NCBI GenBank assembly: GCA_016861085.1
Contig: BOKR01000001.1
Location: 896,153-960,152, forward strand
Direction of reading: 5' to 3'
DNA from: Patescibacteria group bacterium
GTDB taxonomy: Bacteria > Patescibacteriota > Microgenomatia > UBA1400 > PJMF01
DNA: 64,000 bases
Part shown: positions 37,505 through 46,636 of the stretch, piece by piece
How positions within the stretch are numbered: position 1 is the first letter of the stretch
How the letters are laid out: every line of letters starts with the position of its first letter
Position numbers and translations under genes: made by a program
The notes under the pieces: generated by a model
Databases searched by the model: none
Seen by the model: only the letters and a program-made list of their open reading frames with translations
Told to the model about the DNA's origin: nothing

Positions 37505-38878
37505 ATGAGAAGCAAAGAACAACAAAGAATAGAACCCCAAGAAATAAAAAGTGCTCTTTTAGTCGCCGACTATACCGTAGTTGGCGGTGGTATCTCTGGG
37601 TATGCAACAGCTATTGAATTGGCAAAGCAATCAAAAAGTGTTGTTCTCATTGAACCACGAAAAAAACCAGATGATAGATCATTGTTTGTTAGAGGAGATG
37701 TTTTAGTTCTAGCTAGGAACTATCCAGCAGATATTGAAACTTCTATCAATTCCTGGCAATATGAAGCAGACGCATCAAAAACCCATATAAAATTTGATTT
37801 GCCCAATCCTGAAAGTGTTGATGAGGGCTATTTTATGGTTGGTCATGACACAATTATTACTGCCTTGAAAACAAATTTTGAGAGTTTGGGTGGAAAAATA
37901 ATTTGTGAAGGAGCAAAAGGTCGAGTAAAAACGGTGCTTGATCTTCCAGATCAAGTCGTTTTAAGACTCACGGACGGAACACTACTAAAAACCGGAAGAA
38001 TCGTTGATGCTACAGGTAAAGATAGTGTCGTTTTAAGAAATACACATGACTCTTCAGAACAGCAGATATTTAACGAAGGTGATCCAATCGTGATGTGGGT
38101 TTTTGGAAAGTGCTATTCTTCAGGCTGGCCTGATTCACTAGAAAGAACAATATTCACTCCAGTTTCGACAAACGCTGGAAGAGTTTCTTGGGCAGCACCA
38201 TACGGAGATGGAAGATTTGATATTGTTGCATCAGATTACTGCAGGCTATCAGATCTTAGAAAACCTTCACATATTAAAACAATGAAGAAAATGTTTGCTA
38301 ATCTCCTTGATATGTGTAAAAAATATGACATTTATCCTCAAGATACTGGAAAAGCTATTTTTGGAGCAGTTCGCGTCATACCTATGAAAAGCAATCAATC
38401 CAATAATGTTTTTGCGGTTGGAGAAGCAGCTGGATACCCTTCTCCGTTCATGGCTGAATCAATAACTCCAGCTCTCATGCATGCTCAACCGACTGCAACT
38501 ATGATGACCTCAAACCAATCGCCAGAACAACATCTTAATTATTGGAAAAAACAAAAACCATTATTTCCATATACACTTGAAACAGCACTTCTACAACGGA
38601 GGTTAACGAATACAGAAGCTGGAAGAAATGCTCCTTTTTATGCCAAAGCAACTGCTCGATTAAATGAAAAAGAACAAAGAATGTTGCTACATAATAGAAG
38701 ACTAGACGCACAAACTTTACTTAGAAGAGCCCCACAGCTACTTCTAGATAAAAGCTTTCTCTTCTGGACAATGAGGACTGGTGTAACGTTTTTAGAACTA
38801 CTTGCAAATGGTGGGCAACTTTCAGAATCACAAAAAGAAAAACAGCTATTTCCAGGAATCAACTACGAAATTGAATGA
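37505..38878 (+). CDS. FAD-dependent oxidoreductase (lycopene cyclase/geranylgeranyl reductase-like fold)
   Basis: VVGGGISG Rossmann motif, IVDATG, VFAVGEAAG. Confidence 0.7.
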   Translation: MRSKEQQRIEPQEIKSALLVADYTVVGGGISGYATAIELAKQSKSVVLIEPRKKPDDRSLFVRGDVLVLARNYPADIETSINSWQYEADASKTHIKFDLPNPESVDEGYFMVGHDTIITALKTNFESLGGKIICEGAKGRVKTVLDLPDQVVLRLTDGTLLKTGRIVDATGKDSVVLRNTHDSSEQQIFNEGDPIVMWVFGKCYSSGWPDSLERTIFTPVSTNAGRVSWAAPYGDGRFDIVASDYCRLSDLRKPSHIKTMKKMFANLLDMCKKYDIYPQDTGKAIFGAVRVIPMKSNQSNNVFAVGEAAGYPSPFMAESITPALMHAQPTATMMTSNQSPEQHLNYWKKQKPLFPYTLETALLQRRLTNTEAGRNAPFYAKATARLNEKEQRMLLHNRRLDAQTLLRRAPQLLLDKSFLFWTMRTGVTFLELLANGGQLSESQKEKQLFPGINYEIE

Positions 38879-39319
38879 TCATCTAATACTTCTTAACCTA
38901 CGACTACCGCGTTTTAAAAGGTTACGTTTACTTCCTTCTTCTAAAATAACTATGATTTCTTTTGTCAAAAGAGAAAGAACTTTCGTTGCATACGGAAGCG
39001 ATGTAATCCCGTCTAGGTGGTCAGTTACTAACTTGTCCAAGCGAAACTGGAGTATTTTTATGAGCCTGTTGTATTGAGAACCCAATTCTGCAATATCATG
39101 AATCTTTTTCTGAGCAACACCAACCCCAACCACAAAAATAACTTTTCTTTCTTCAGGGGGTATTGATTCAAACGCACCAAATTCAAAATCTCTGCAAAGC
39201 GAAGCATATTCTATCAGCCTCTCTTGCGGTAAAGATGCAAGATCTACCCCAAGCCGTTCTGAAAGTGTTTGAGGCACTTGACTTTGAAACCTGCGTTCTA
39301 CTTGTATTAAGGTTTTCAT
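38879..39319 (-). CDS. Hypothetical protein
   Basis: 146-aa ORF directly downstream of infB; no motif recognised. Confidence 0.5.
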   Translation of the reverse strand: MKTLIQVERRFQSQVPQTLSERLGVDLASLPQERLIEYASLCRDFEFGAFESIPPEERKVIFVVGVGVAQKKIHDIAELGSQYNRLIKILQFRLDKLVTDHLDGITSLPYATKVLSLLTKEIIVILEEGSKRNLLKRGSRRLRSIR

Positions 39320-39341
39320 AAGTAAATTCCTTATATACTAC

Positions 39342-40817
39342 CTACTCCTCGTCTTCATCCTCAACTTTGTATGCAACCAAAACGTCACCAACCCTAAAAT
39401 CGAGTTTTTTGTTTTTGAAAGTCATCCCAAATTCGTTCTTAGCTTTGACCTCAGTAATTTCTTCCTTGCCATGCATCAAACGCTTTGGAGTTGGATCCAT
39501 AACGATTTCTTCATCTCGTTTTAGATGAAATCTATCATTCTTCTTGATTTCCCCTGTTTTGACTCTACAACCAGCAATCTTTTCGCCATTCATCTCGAAA
39601 ATCTGCATAATTTCGGCCTCACCAAGTACAACTTCATCAATGGTTGGTTCCATGAGCCTAAGCATCTGTTTTTGCAAATCTTCAATTAATTTATAGATGA
39701 CATCATACGATTTGATTTTAATACCAGCATCTTTTGCTAAACGTTTAATTTTTCCTGGAACCTTGTTGTGAAATGAAATAATAAATGCACCACTTGAGGT
39801 GGCCATATCAACATCTTGTTCAGTCACTTCACCTACACCAGAGGAAATGAGGTTTGTGCTTTCATCATCAATAACTTGCAAAATTGCTTCTAGAGTTCCT
39901 TCAACGTCAGCCTTGATAATGATATTAAGTTTTGGTTTGTCTACATCACCAACTAACTGTGAAAAATCAATATCACCCCATGGATTTGTTGGAGCTTCTT
40001 CTTCAACCAGAGCTTCAACTTCTGGATATTTTGCAGCCGCATCATACACTTTAGAGCCAACAGCTGGAACATCTTTAAAACCGATAATTTCAGCTGCGAA
40101 CCCTGGTTTGACTGCTTGCAAACTTTCTCCAGTTGCTGAAGTTAATAATTTTACTCTTCCTTCAGTTGTGTCAGTATAAATATCTTGTCTTGGAGCGAGT
40201 GTGCCTTGCTTGACAATAACGGTTGCCACAATGCCACGCTTACTCTCTTTTGAAGATTCTATTACCACCGCTTCAAGAGGCGCCTGAGGGTCTGCTTTGA
40301 GTTCTAGTAACTCAGCCATAACTGCAATTGTCTCCAAAAGTTTGTCAACATTTTTCCCAGTTTTAGCCGAGATTTCGACTGCCTCAATATCTCCACCATA
40401 ATCTGTAACAACAAGTCCATGCTCTGCAAGACCTGACTTGGCGATATCAAGATTTACATCTGCCAAATCAATTTTATTGATTGCAATAACAACAGGGACG
40501 TTTGCAATCTTAATGTGACGAATTGACTCAATCGTCTGAGGTTTCACACCATCATTGGCAGCAACAACTAAAATAACGATATCTGTAATCTTAGAGCCAC
40601 GTTCTCGCATCTTGTTAAATGCAGCGTGACCTGGAGTATCAATAAATGTAATATCTTTTCCGTTGTGCTGAATACTGTATGCACCAATATGCTGTGTAAT
40701 ACCGCCAGCTTCACGGGCAGTTACATTGGTATGGCGAATGTAATCCAATAGGGTCGTTTTACCGTGGTCAACATGGCCCATAATCGTAATAATTGGTGGT
40801 CGAGTTTGTAGTGCCAT
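39342..40817 (-). CDS. infB: Translation initiation factor IF-2 (lacks the N-terminal domain)
   Basis: MGHVDHGKTT, GGITQHIGAY, DTPGH, NKID; the protein starts at the G domain. Confidence 0.96.
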   Translation of the reverse strand: MALQTRPPIITIMGHVDHGKTTLLDYIRHTNVTAREAGGITQHIGAYSIQHNGKDITFIDTPGHAAFNKMRERGSKITDIVILVVAANDGVKPQTIESIRHIKIANVPVVIAINKIDLADVNLDIAKSGLAEHGLVVTDYGGDIEAVEISAKTGKNVDKLLETIAVMAELLELKADPQAPLEAVVIESSKESKRGIVATVIVKQGTLAPRQDIYTDTTEGRVKLLTSATGESLQAVKPGFAAEIIGFKDVPAVGSKVYDAAAKYPEVEALVEEEAPTNPWGDIDFSQLVGDVDKPKLNIIIKADVEGTLEAILQVIDDESTNLISSGVGEVTEQDVDMATSSGAFIISFHNKVPGKIKRLAKDAGIKIKSYDVIYKLIEDLQKQMLRLMEPTIDEVVLGEAEIMQIFEMNGEKIAGCRVKTGEIKKNDRFHLKRDEEIVMDPTPKRLMHGKEEITEVKAKNEFGMTFKNKKLDFRVGDVLVAYKVEDEDEE

Positions 40818-40853
40818 ATATATTCCTTATCTGTTATTGTACGTCTTTCGAAT

Positions 40854-42122
40854 TTACTCTTTTAAGAGATTCATAGTGCTGTCTCTTTGTGCCATCTCTG
40901 CTTCAAAAGCATCAACTCTTTCTGAGAGCAATTTTTCCTGGTCTTCACCAAGCTCTGCTTCCATCCATTTGTTCTTGAATCGAGATAAATCACCAAGAGT
41001 GGTAAGTTTGTTTTCAACCAAATATGCTCTAGCGTCTTGTGATAATCCTTTGAAAGTATCAATCTCGTACTCTTCTTCACCAGTAACTTTGGATTTAACT
41101 TCACCCGATGCTGATTTGATTGTGATCTTGTATCCAGTTAGTTTGGCAGCTAAGCGAACATTTTGTCCGCCACGACCGATTGCTAATGAAAGTTGATCAT
41201 CTGGAGCAGTAACTTCAACAAGCTTTTCTGCTTCTTTAACATCAATTTTTAAACCCTCAGCTGGAGCAAGTGCACCTTGAATTAAAAGTTTGTTGTTGTC
41301 TGAAAATGGAATAATATCCAATTTTTCATTATTTAACTCTCTAATAACTTCTTGTACACGAACACCACGTTGTCCAACACAAGAGCCAACCGGGTCAACA
41401 CCATCTTGGGTAGATCGAACGGCTAATTTAGTTCTCACACCAGCTTCACGGGCAATCAATGCGATTTCAACTGTGCCTGCTGCAATTTCTGGAACTTCGC
41501 GTTCAAACAGCTTTGCAACCAATTGTTTGTCTGCTCTGGAAACAATAATTCGTTTGCCTTTGTGAGAATCACGAATTTCTTTAATTAGAACAGTAATACG
41601 GTTGTTCATTCTATAGAATTCACCACGCATTTGTTCTTCTGGTGGCATGTATCCTTGGCCTCTGCCAATATCTAAAATAACAGCTCTGCCATCCATTCTT
41701 AAAATTTGAGCATTCACCACTTCGCCAACTCTAGCTTCAAAATCTGCAATCACTTTGTCTTTTTCTGATTCTCTGATTTTTTGCAAAATAACCTGTTTTG
41801 CAGTTTGAGCAGCAATACGACCAAACCCAGCTGGTGTTACGTCTTGAGCCTTCTTTTCATCCCATTTGGTGATTTCACCAGTTTCTTCGTCTTTTTCAAT
41901 GATTGGGCATTTGAAAATTCTTGACTCACCAGTATCTTCGTCTAATTCGACAAAATAATATGACTCTTCTTCAAGATGTCCAAATTGCTTTCTGTACGCA
42001 GAAACTAAAGCCTGCTTGATTGCAGAGTAGATTGATGCTGGATCAATTTGTCTTTCATTAGCAATTTGATTAATTGCTGCAGCAAATTCAGTACGAACAA
42101 CATTTGAGCTTTGAGCTGACAT
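40854..42122 (-). CDS. nusA: Transcription termination/antitermination factor NusA
   Basis: FGRIAAQTAKQ, AREAGVRTK, DPVGSCVG, SLAIGRGGQNVRLA. Confidence 0.96.
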   Translation of the reverse strand: MSAQSSNVVRTEFAAAINQIANERQIDPASIYSAIKQALVSAYRKQFGHLEEESYYFVELDEDTGESRIFKCPIIEKDEETGEITKWDEKKAQDVTPAGFGRIAAQTAKQVILQKIRESEKDKVIADFEARVGEVVNAQILRMDGRAVILDIGRGQGYMPPEEQMRGEFYRMNNRITVLIKEIRDSHKGKRIIVSRADKQLVAKLFEREVPEIAAGTVEIALIAREAGVRTKLAVRSTQDGVDPVGSCVGQRGVRVQEVIRELNNEKLDIIPFSDNNKLLIQGALAPAEGLKIDVKEAEKLVEVTAPDDQLSLAIGRGGQNVRLAAKLTGYKITIKSASGEVKSKVTGEEEYEIDTFKGLSQDARAYLVENKLTTLGDLSRFKNKWMEAELGEDQEKLLSERVDAFEAEMAQRDSTMNLLKE

Positions 42123-42262
42123 ATGTATTTCCCTTTATTTTTTGTTTCTTATAGTACTAATATTAATTAAACGTCAAGTTAAAAAAAAGAACCCGTTTTG
42201 CTTGAGTCCTTCCCGTTCAATCGATATAGGTGCATTATAACATACCTTTTGACTGAATTCAA

Positions 42263-42916
42263 TTAAATGCGCTTTTTTGCCAAGACACAATAATAGTCTC
42301 TTGAATCTTTCCAAAACTTTATTTTTATGAAGTTTGCTAAGTCAGAAAACAACAACTTTTTATTATAAATAAAATGTATAAGTCCTGTTTCGTCACCAAT
42401 CGTTGGTACATATGTATTTTCGGCAATCTTATCTGCTGTTTTGACTAAACAATATCTTACTTTTCCTTTAGAATATCTGCCACAAACTGTAATAAACAAA
42501 AAACCACCAGGTTTGAGAATCCTGTGAATCTCTGCAAGTGTCTTTTGAATTTGTTCTCTTTTATTATGTTGCAACACCTGGATACTAATAATCGCATCGA
42601 ATGAATTTTCAGCATATGGTAAAGACTTATAAATATCTCCAAGTGTCACTGTTAATTTAACCTTTTCTTTTTTTGCTTGATCTTTTGCAACCAATAAACC
42701 TTCTTCAGCGTTATCCATACCCCAAACTGAGAATCCCTCCTTAGCCAAAAAAAGTGCATTTCTGCCTGCGCCACATCCTAAATCGAGAATGTTTTTAGCT
42801 CCGTTCTCCTTGAAAAAGGTACTTAACCATGCCATATCTTCGTGAGGCTCAAGTATATCGTAGTAACTATATTTTTTTATTTTATTTTTATAAATCTTAT
42901 TCCATGCTGTGTTCAT
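42263..42916 (-). CDS. Class I SAM-dependent methyltransferase
   Basis: ILDLGCGAGRN, SFDAII, LKPGG. Confidence 0.9.
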   Translation of the reverse strand: MNTAWNKIYKNKIKKYSYYDILEPHEDMAWLSTFFKENGAKNILDLGCGAGRNALFLAKEGFSVWGMDNAEEGLLVAKDQAKKEKVKLTVTLGDIYKSLPYAENSFDAIISIQVLQHNKREQIQKTLAEIHRILKPGGFLFITVCGRYSKGKVRYCLVKTADKIAENTYVPTIGDETGLIHFIYNKKLLFSDLANFIKIKFWKDSRDYYCVLAKKRI

Positions 42917-42951
42917 ATGTATATTATACGCCCCTTTTCCTGTCTTAAACC

Positions 42952-42991
42952 AAAAAAAGCCGCAGGTTCATGAGTTCATGACCTGCGGCTT
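42952..42991 (-). terminator. Terminator closing the radical SAM operon
   Basis: AAGCCGCAGGT/ACCTGCGGCTT stem followed by a T run on the - strand. Confidence 0.8.
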
Positions 42992-43024
42992 ACCACAGTA
43001 ACATCATTGGTCTTCGAAACTTCG

Positions 43025-44182
43025 CTATTGCATCTGAGTACGGAACTCACGAGCATTTTGAGCCATGCTTAATGGCCGAGCAAAATTTCGATCACCTCCT
43101 AACTGAATATTCACATGAATTAGGCTGAGTTTTCTTTCAGCTAACGCATGCGTAACTGCCCAACTTAACTTCTGAGCAGAATTGACTTGATAAACGGACT
43201 GGTAACCCATCAAAGCCGCGGTTTGAACGAAATGGGCCGACTGAGAAATTGAAGGCTCTTCAGAACAAGAGCCGTACGCACCGTTGTCAATGACGACATG
43301 CACCAGGTTGTTTGGACCATGGTGCCCGATGCTAACCAAGTTGCCGAAGTTTGTCAGGCAACTTGAATCGCCTTCAACTACTATGATCTGCTTTTCAGGC
43401 CGGGACACCGCAAAGCCCATTCCAATTGCGCTGGTAAGGCCGAAGCCGCCAGCATTGTAGAACTGATTTTGCGAATGGTGTCGGGCAAACAGCGAGCGAC
43501 TGATCAAACCCGTTGAAGAAATTAAGCCAACTTGCGCGGGTACTACTTGCCAGACGGCGCTCAAAGCTTCTTCTCGTAACAGCGTAGCATCGGGTTGGCG
43601 AAGGTCAACGATTTGGCCTGGAGCTTTGGTTTCGACTGAAGCAGACGTTGACACCTCTCCAGCAATTCCTTTGCTTTGTGTCCAGCCACGCTTTACCAAG
43701 ATCACTCCCGGTTTCTGCGTTGCTGACATTCCAGTTAGGCACTCACCGTACAAAGTTTCAGCATTGCTTTCAGCCAACACGCCATGCCACATACCGTACG
43801 CATTCAGCAACGGGATTGTTGCCGCACCTGTTGCGAAATGCTGAGGAGCTGTTTCGCCTTCAGCCCCGCGGTAGGTCACCAAAAACGGGATATCCATACC
43901 GCATGGAATGAGTAACGAGCCAATGTCATTGGATGCTACTAACATCCCGCTATTTTGCATGTAGACCAACGGTTTCTTTCCCGCCAGCCACATGCCTGCC
44001 GCGATACCAACTGCTTCCCGCTCATTAAGGCCAGGAGTGTGTAAAGGCATTTGCGACAATTGGTGGATAAAATGGCGTAACACCCCGCAGGGGACGCCTG
44101 TTGAGCAATCAATTCGGGATGCCCAACTTTGGATGAACCATTTGACTGGCCCATCTTGGACAATTTTGGTAAGGTCGTTCAT
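43025..44182 (-). CDS. ThDP-dependent decarboxylase, phosphonopyruvate/sulfopyruvate (Ppd/ComDE fused) family
   Basis: TGVPC, NEREAVGIAAG, YMQNSG, VTYRG...PQH, and the ThDP motif EGDSS...IDNG. Confidence 0.85.
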   Translation of the reverse strand: MNDLTKIVQDGPVKWFIQSWASRIDCSTGVPCGVLRHFIHQLSQMPLHTPGLNEREAVGIAAGMWLAGKKPLVYMQNSGMLVASNDIGSLLIPCGMDIPFLVTYRGAEGETAPQHFATGAATIPLLNAYGMWHGVLAESNAETLYGECLTGMSATQKPGVILVKRGWTQSKGIAGEVSTSASVETKAPGQIVDLRQPDATLLREEALSAVWQVVPAQVGLISSTGLISRSLFARHHSQNQFYNAGGFGLTSAIGMGFAVSRPEKQIIVVEGDSSCLTNFGNLVSIGHHGPNNLVHVVIDNGAYGSCSEEPSISQSAHFVQTAALMGYQSVYQVNSAQKLSWAVTHALAERKLSLIHVNIQLGGDRNFARPLSMAQNAREFRTQMQ

Positions 44183-44191
44183 GGTTCACCT

Positions 44192-45259
44192 TTAGATTGG
44201 GTTATTGATCTTCACTCCAGCGTACTCACTGTACCAGGGGCTACGATAGTTGTCATAACCCAACGGCCGCAGTGTGGGACTGAAAATGCCTTCGACAATT
44301 TGACGCGCTTGCAGGTAATAATCCAGTGAATGCGCGTCTTGATGACGCAGTGCCACTTGATGTGGCTGATATACCTGCATGAGGTTAATCAGCGGATGCC
44401 GCGTTAAAACAGGCAGAAATTCACGAAAATGGGTGTCAATCGCAGGCAACCCATCAAGACCCAGGATATAGAGCATCGAGGTATTGAGCCCCTTTGCTTT
44501 CGCATGTCCCAGGATATCAATGTGTTGTTGCAACGAAACGCCTGACTTCCGACGCTTCATCAGCATTTCCCGGCGCTCGAAGCACTCAACGGTCTGGTAT
44601 AAGCTGAATTTGCCAGCTTCGGCTAATTGGTCCACAGCTTCAGTTGTTCTGATCTGTGAGCCAATGTACCGAATTTCTCCGGCAAAACCGAACTCGCCAA
44701 AAACCTTTTGCACCATGAGCAGATGTTGCAAACAGAGTTCATCTGTCCGAAAGCAACCGGTAACAACACCTATGCTTTCCATCTCGATATAGCTCTTGAC
44801 TAACCCTTCACGCAAAAACCCTTCTGCCGCCTTGCGAAGGTTCTCTTCCAAAAGAAGATTACTGAATTCTTCTGGAATTAACGAAAACGTTCCACAAAAC
44901 TTGCAACCGCGGCAACTGCTTCTGCTGTTAGAGTTGAGCGTCATTGCCCGGCCACTGTTTCTGATGTAAGTCTCAGAACAGGTATCCGGATGAATCGGAC
45001 TCGCACTTCCAATCAACTCGCCGCTCAGCCACACTTGTTCACCGTCATGGTGGAAAGGTGACTCTGGGTCAATTGTCAACGCAAAGAAAAAAGGCCAGTT
45101 GTGAATCGCGGGCACCAACCGAAACCGCCCACGACTCGTAATTGAGGTGTCAAACCCAGATGTTCCCATCAGGTTCAGACCCATCATTAAAACATCTACC
45201 AATGGCACATTGTGCCGACGAGCGTACACTTCAGCTTCTTGGATTGTTTGGAAAAACAT
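44192..45259 (-). CDS. Radical SAM-like enzyme with an atypical CxxCxxC motif
   Basis: SCRGCKFC, VVTGCF, TVECF, YILGLD elements resembling biotin-synthase-related radical SAM barrels; SD AAGGTG. Confidence 0.75.
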   Translation of the reverse strand: MFFQTIQEAEVYARRHNVPLVDVLMMGLNLMGTSGFDTSITSRGRFRLVPAIHNWPFFFALTIDPESPFHHDGEQVWLSGELIGSASPIHPDTCSETYIRNSGRAMTLNSNSRSSCRGCKFCGTFSLIPEEFSNLLLEENLRKAAEGFLREGLVKSYIEMESIGVVTGCFRTDELCLQHLLMVQKVFGEFGFAGEIRYIGSQIRTTEAVDQLAEAGKFSLYQTVECFERREMLMKRRKSGVSLQQHIDILGHAKAKGLNTSMLYILGLDGLPAIDTHFREFLPVLTRHPLINLMQVYQPHQVALRHQDAHSLDYYLQARQIVEGIFSPTLRPLGYDNYRSPWYSEYAGVKINNPI

Positions 45260-45273
45260 GTTGCACCTTTGCT

Positions 45274-45843
45274 CTACTGAGCCAGAATAATTTTGCCTTC
45301 TAGCAATAGGATTTCAAGCGCTTCCTCGAGGACACGCTTATACGATTTTTCGTGGTCAAAGCCAAACTCGAGAGCTTGACTCAGATATTGCTGCAACCGT
45401 GGTTGAGTAACGACTCTTCCACAGTTACAATCCAATAAGATTTGGGCAATCAGAACTGTTTTACCAGTCCTGTTTGCTCCAGCACTGCAATGTATGTAAG
45501 TCGGGCCTTCGAGGCCAATTACCGTCTGGGCAGCAACAATGAATGAAGAAGCACTTTGCACTTCTAAGTCATAATGACGCATTCCTGCAGGTAACTGACT
45601 TCTAAGAAGTGCCAACTTCCTCGGCTCTTCCCCATACTTTGAATGTAGAGTCACTACGGTTTTCAAACCGAGTTTATTCCCCATTCTATTCAGTTGTTCT
45701 GCATTTGGCCAGGAGCCTCGATATAGAGTATCATTTACCATCCCAAAATTTCTGGGGAATTGGCCGCTAGAATCAGATCTCTGGCCGCTTGGTTCTAATA
45801 CTTGGATTGAGACTCCACCGATAAGAAACTCTACTGTTTTCAT
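45274..45843 (-). CDS. Protein-tyrosine/dual-specificity phosphatase family protein
   Basis: NFGMV...LYRGSWP and the HCSAGANRTG (HCx5R) signature. Confidence 0.88.
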   Translation of the reverse strand: MKTVEFLIGGVSIQVLEPSGQRSDSSGQFPRNFGMVNDTLYRGSWPNAEQLNRMGNKLGLKTVVTLHSKYGEEPRKLALLRSQLPAGMRHYDLEVQSASSFIVAAQTVIGLEGPTYIHCSAGANRTGKTVLIAQILLDCNCGRVVTQPRLQQYLSQALEFGFDHEKSYKRVLEEALEILLLEGKIILAQ

Positions 45844-45998
45844 AGTTTTACCTCTGTCTCCTCTGGAGGAGGAAAAGTTTCTTCAACAACACCATCCTCG
45901 AAGACTATTATTTTGTCTTCTTCTGGACCAGGTATTGTGTAAGAAATAAGTAGAGAAATCAACAAAAAAACAATCATTAAGGGGTCATTAAGGTTCAT
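45840..45998 (-). CDS. Unannotated 52-aa peptide (hydrophobic N-terminus, acidic Pro-rich C-terminus)
   Basis: Manual translation MNLNDPLMIVFLLISLLISYTIPGPEEDKIIVFEDGVVEETFPPPEETEVKL; SD AAGGTGAG; ATGA overlap with the phosphatase. Confidence 0.7.
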   Translation of the reverse strand: MNLNDPLMIVFLLISLLISYTIPGPEEDKIIVFEDGVVEETFPPPEETEVKL

Positions 45999-46031
45999 AG
46001 TTCTCACCTTCAACTAAGTTTTCAATTAGGA

Positions 46032-46063
46032 TGTTAAAGAGCAATACATACTTAATATGTATT
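46032..46063 (-). promoter_or_regulatory. Hairpin plus consensus boxA
   Basis: AATACATA-N5-TATGTATT stem, then an exact TGCTCTTTAACA at 46043-46032. Confidence 0.7.
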
Positions 46064-46074
46064 ACCAACCTATA

Positions 46075-46102
46075 ATTATATAACTAAGTACCTTAATTGC
46101 AA
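46075..46102 (-). promoter_or_regulatory. Sigma70-type promoter of the radical SAM operon
   Basis: TTGCAA-N16-TATAAT. Confidence 0.65.
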
Positions 46103-46123
46103 GTGAACAGTCTGGAAAATCAG

Positions 46124-46636
46124 TTAAACAGTTTTACTTCTAAGTTGAAACGCAGCTAATGAAAAAATCGTTTTTCTAATCCAAGTGAAATTACTCAAAA
46201 GAATATAGGTATATCCAAAAAACAAATCCCCTATTAAAGTTCTTGAGTAAAAAGGGATCGCTACCGTATAGCAGAGCAACAAATCAGCAATAGTATGGCC
46301 ATACCAGTACCACCACACACCTAAGTTAGAAATCAAAAAAAATAAAAATGAAGCAAATGGAAGAAAAACCAATTGTCGTTTCAAACTATTCTTTGATAGT
46401 TTTCCTAAAACTGCATAACACGCAAATCCGATATACGTTAACCAAAATCCTGGATACATACCCTTAACTAACACATCAAAAGCAACAATGGATACGGCAA
46501 ATAACAATGAATTGCCAAAAAAACCATAACTACCAAGTGGACTTATATTTGCCGGCAGAACATTCAAACGGGATACAAACACCAAAACAGCCGTGGGGAT
46601 TTGTCTTAAAATGTTAGTTCGCTGAAATTGCTTCAT
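46124..46636 (-). CDS. DUF6580-like membrane protein (putative S-component-like transporter)
   Basis: SRL...PANISPLG, SFLFFLISNLGVW, CYTVAIPFY..TLIGDLFF; 5-6 TMs. Confidence 0.7.
   Translation of the reverse strand: MKQFQRTNILRQIPTAVLVFVSRLNVLPANISPLGSYGFFGNSLLFAVSIVAFDVLVKGMYPGFWLTYIGFACYAVLGKLSKNSLKRQLVFLPFASFLFFLISNLGVWWYWYGHTIADLLLCYTVAIPFYSRTLIGDLFFGYTYILLSNFTWIRKTIFSLAAFQLRSKTV

Noticed and set aside
42263-42916. Methyltransferase as part of the radical SAM operon
   Set aside because: It is separated by a strong terminator, has its own -10 box and is much lower in GC.
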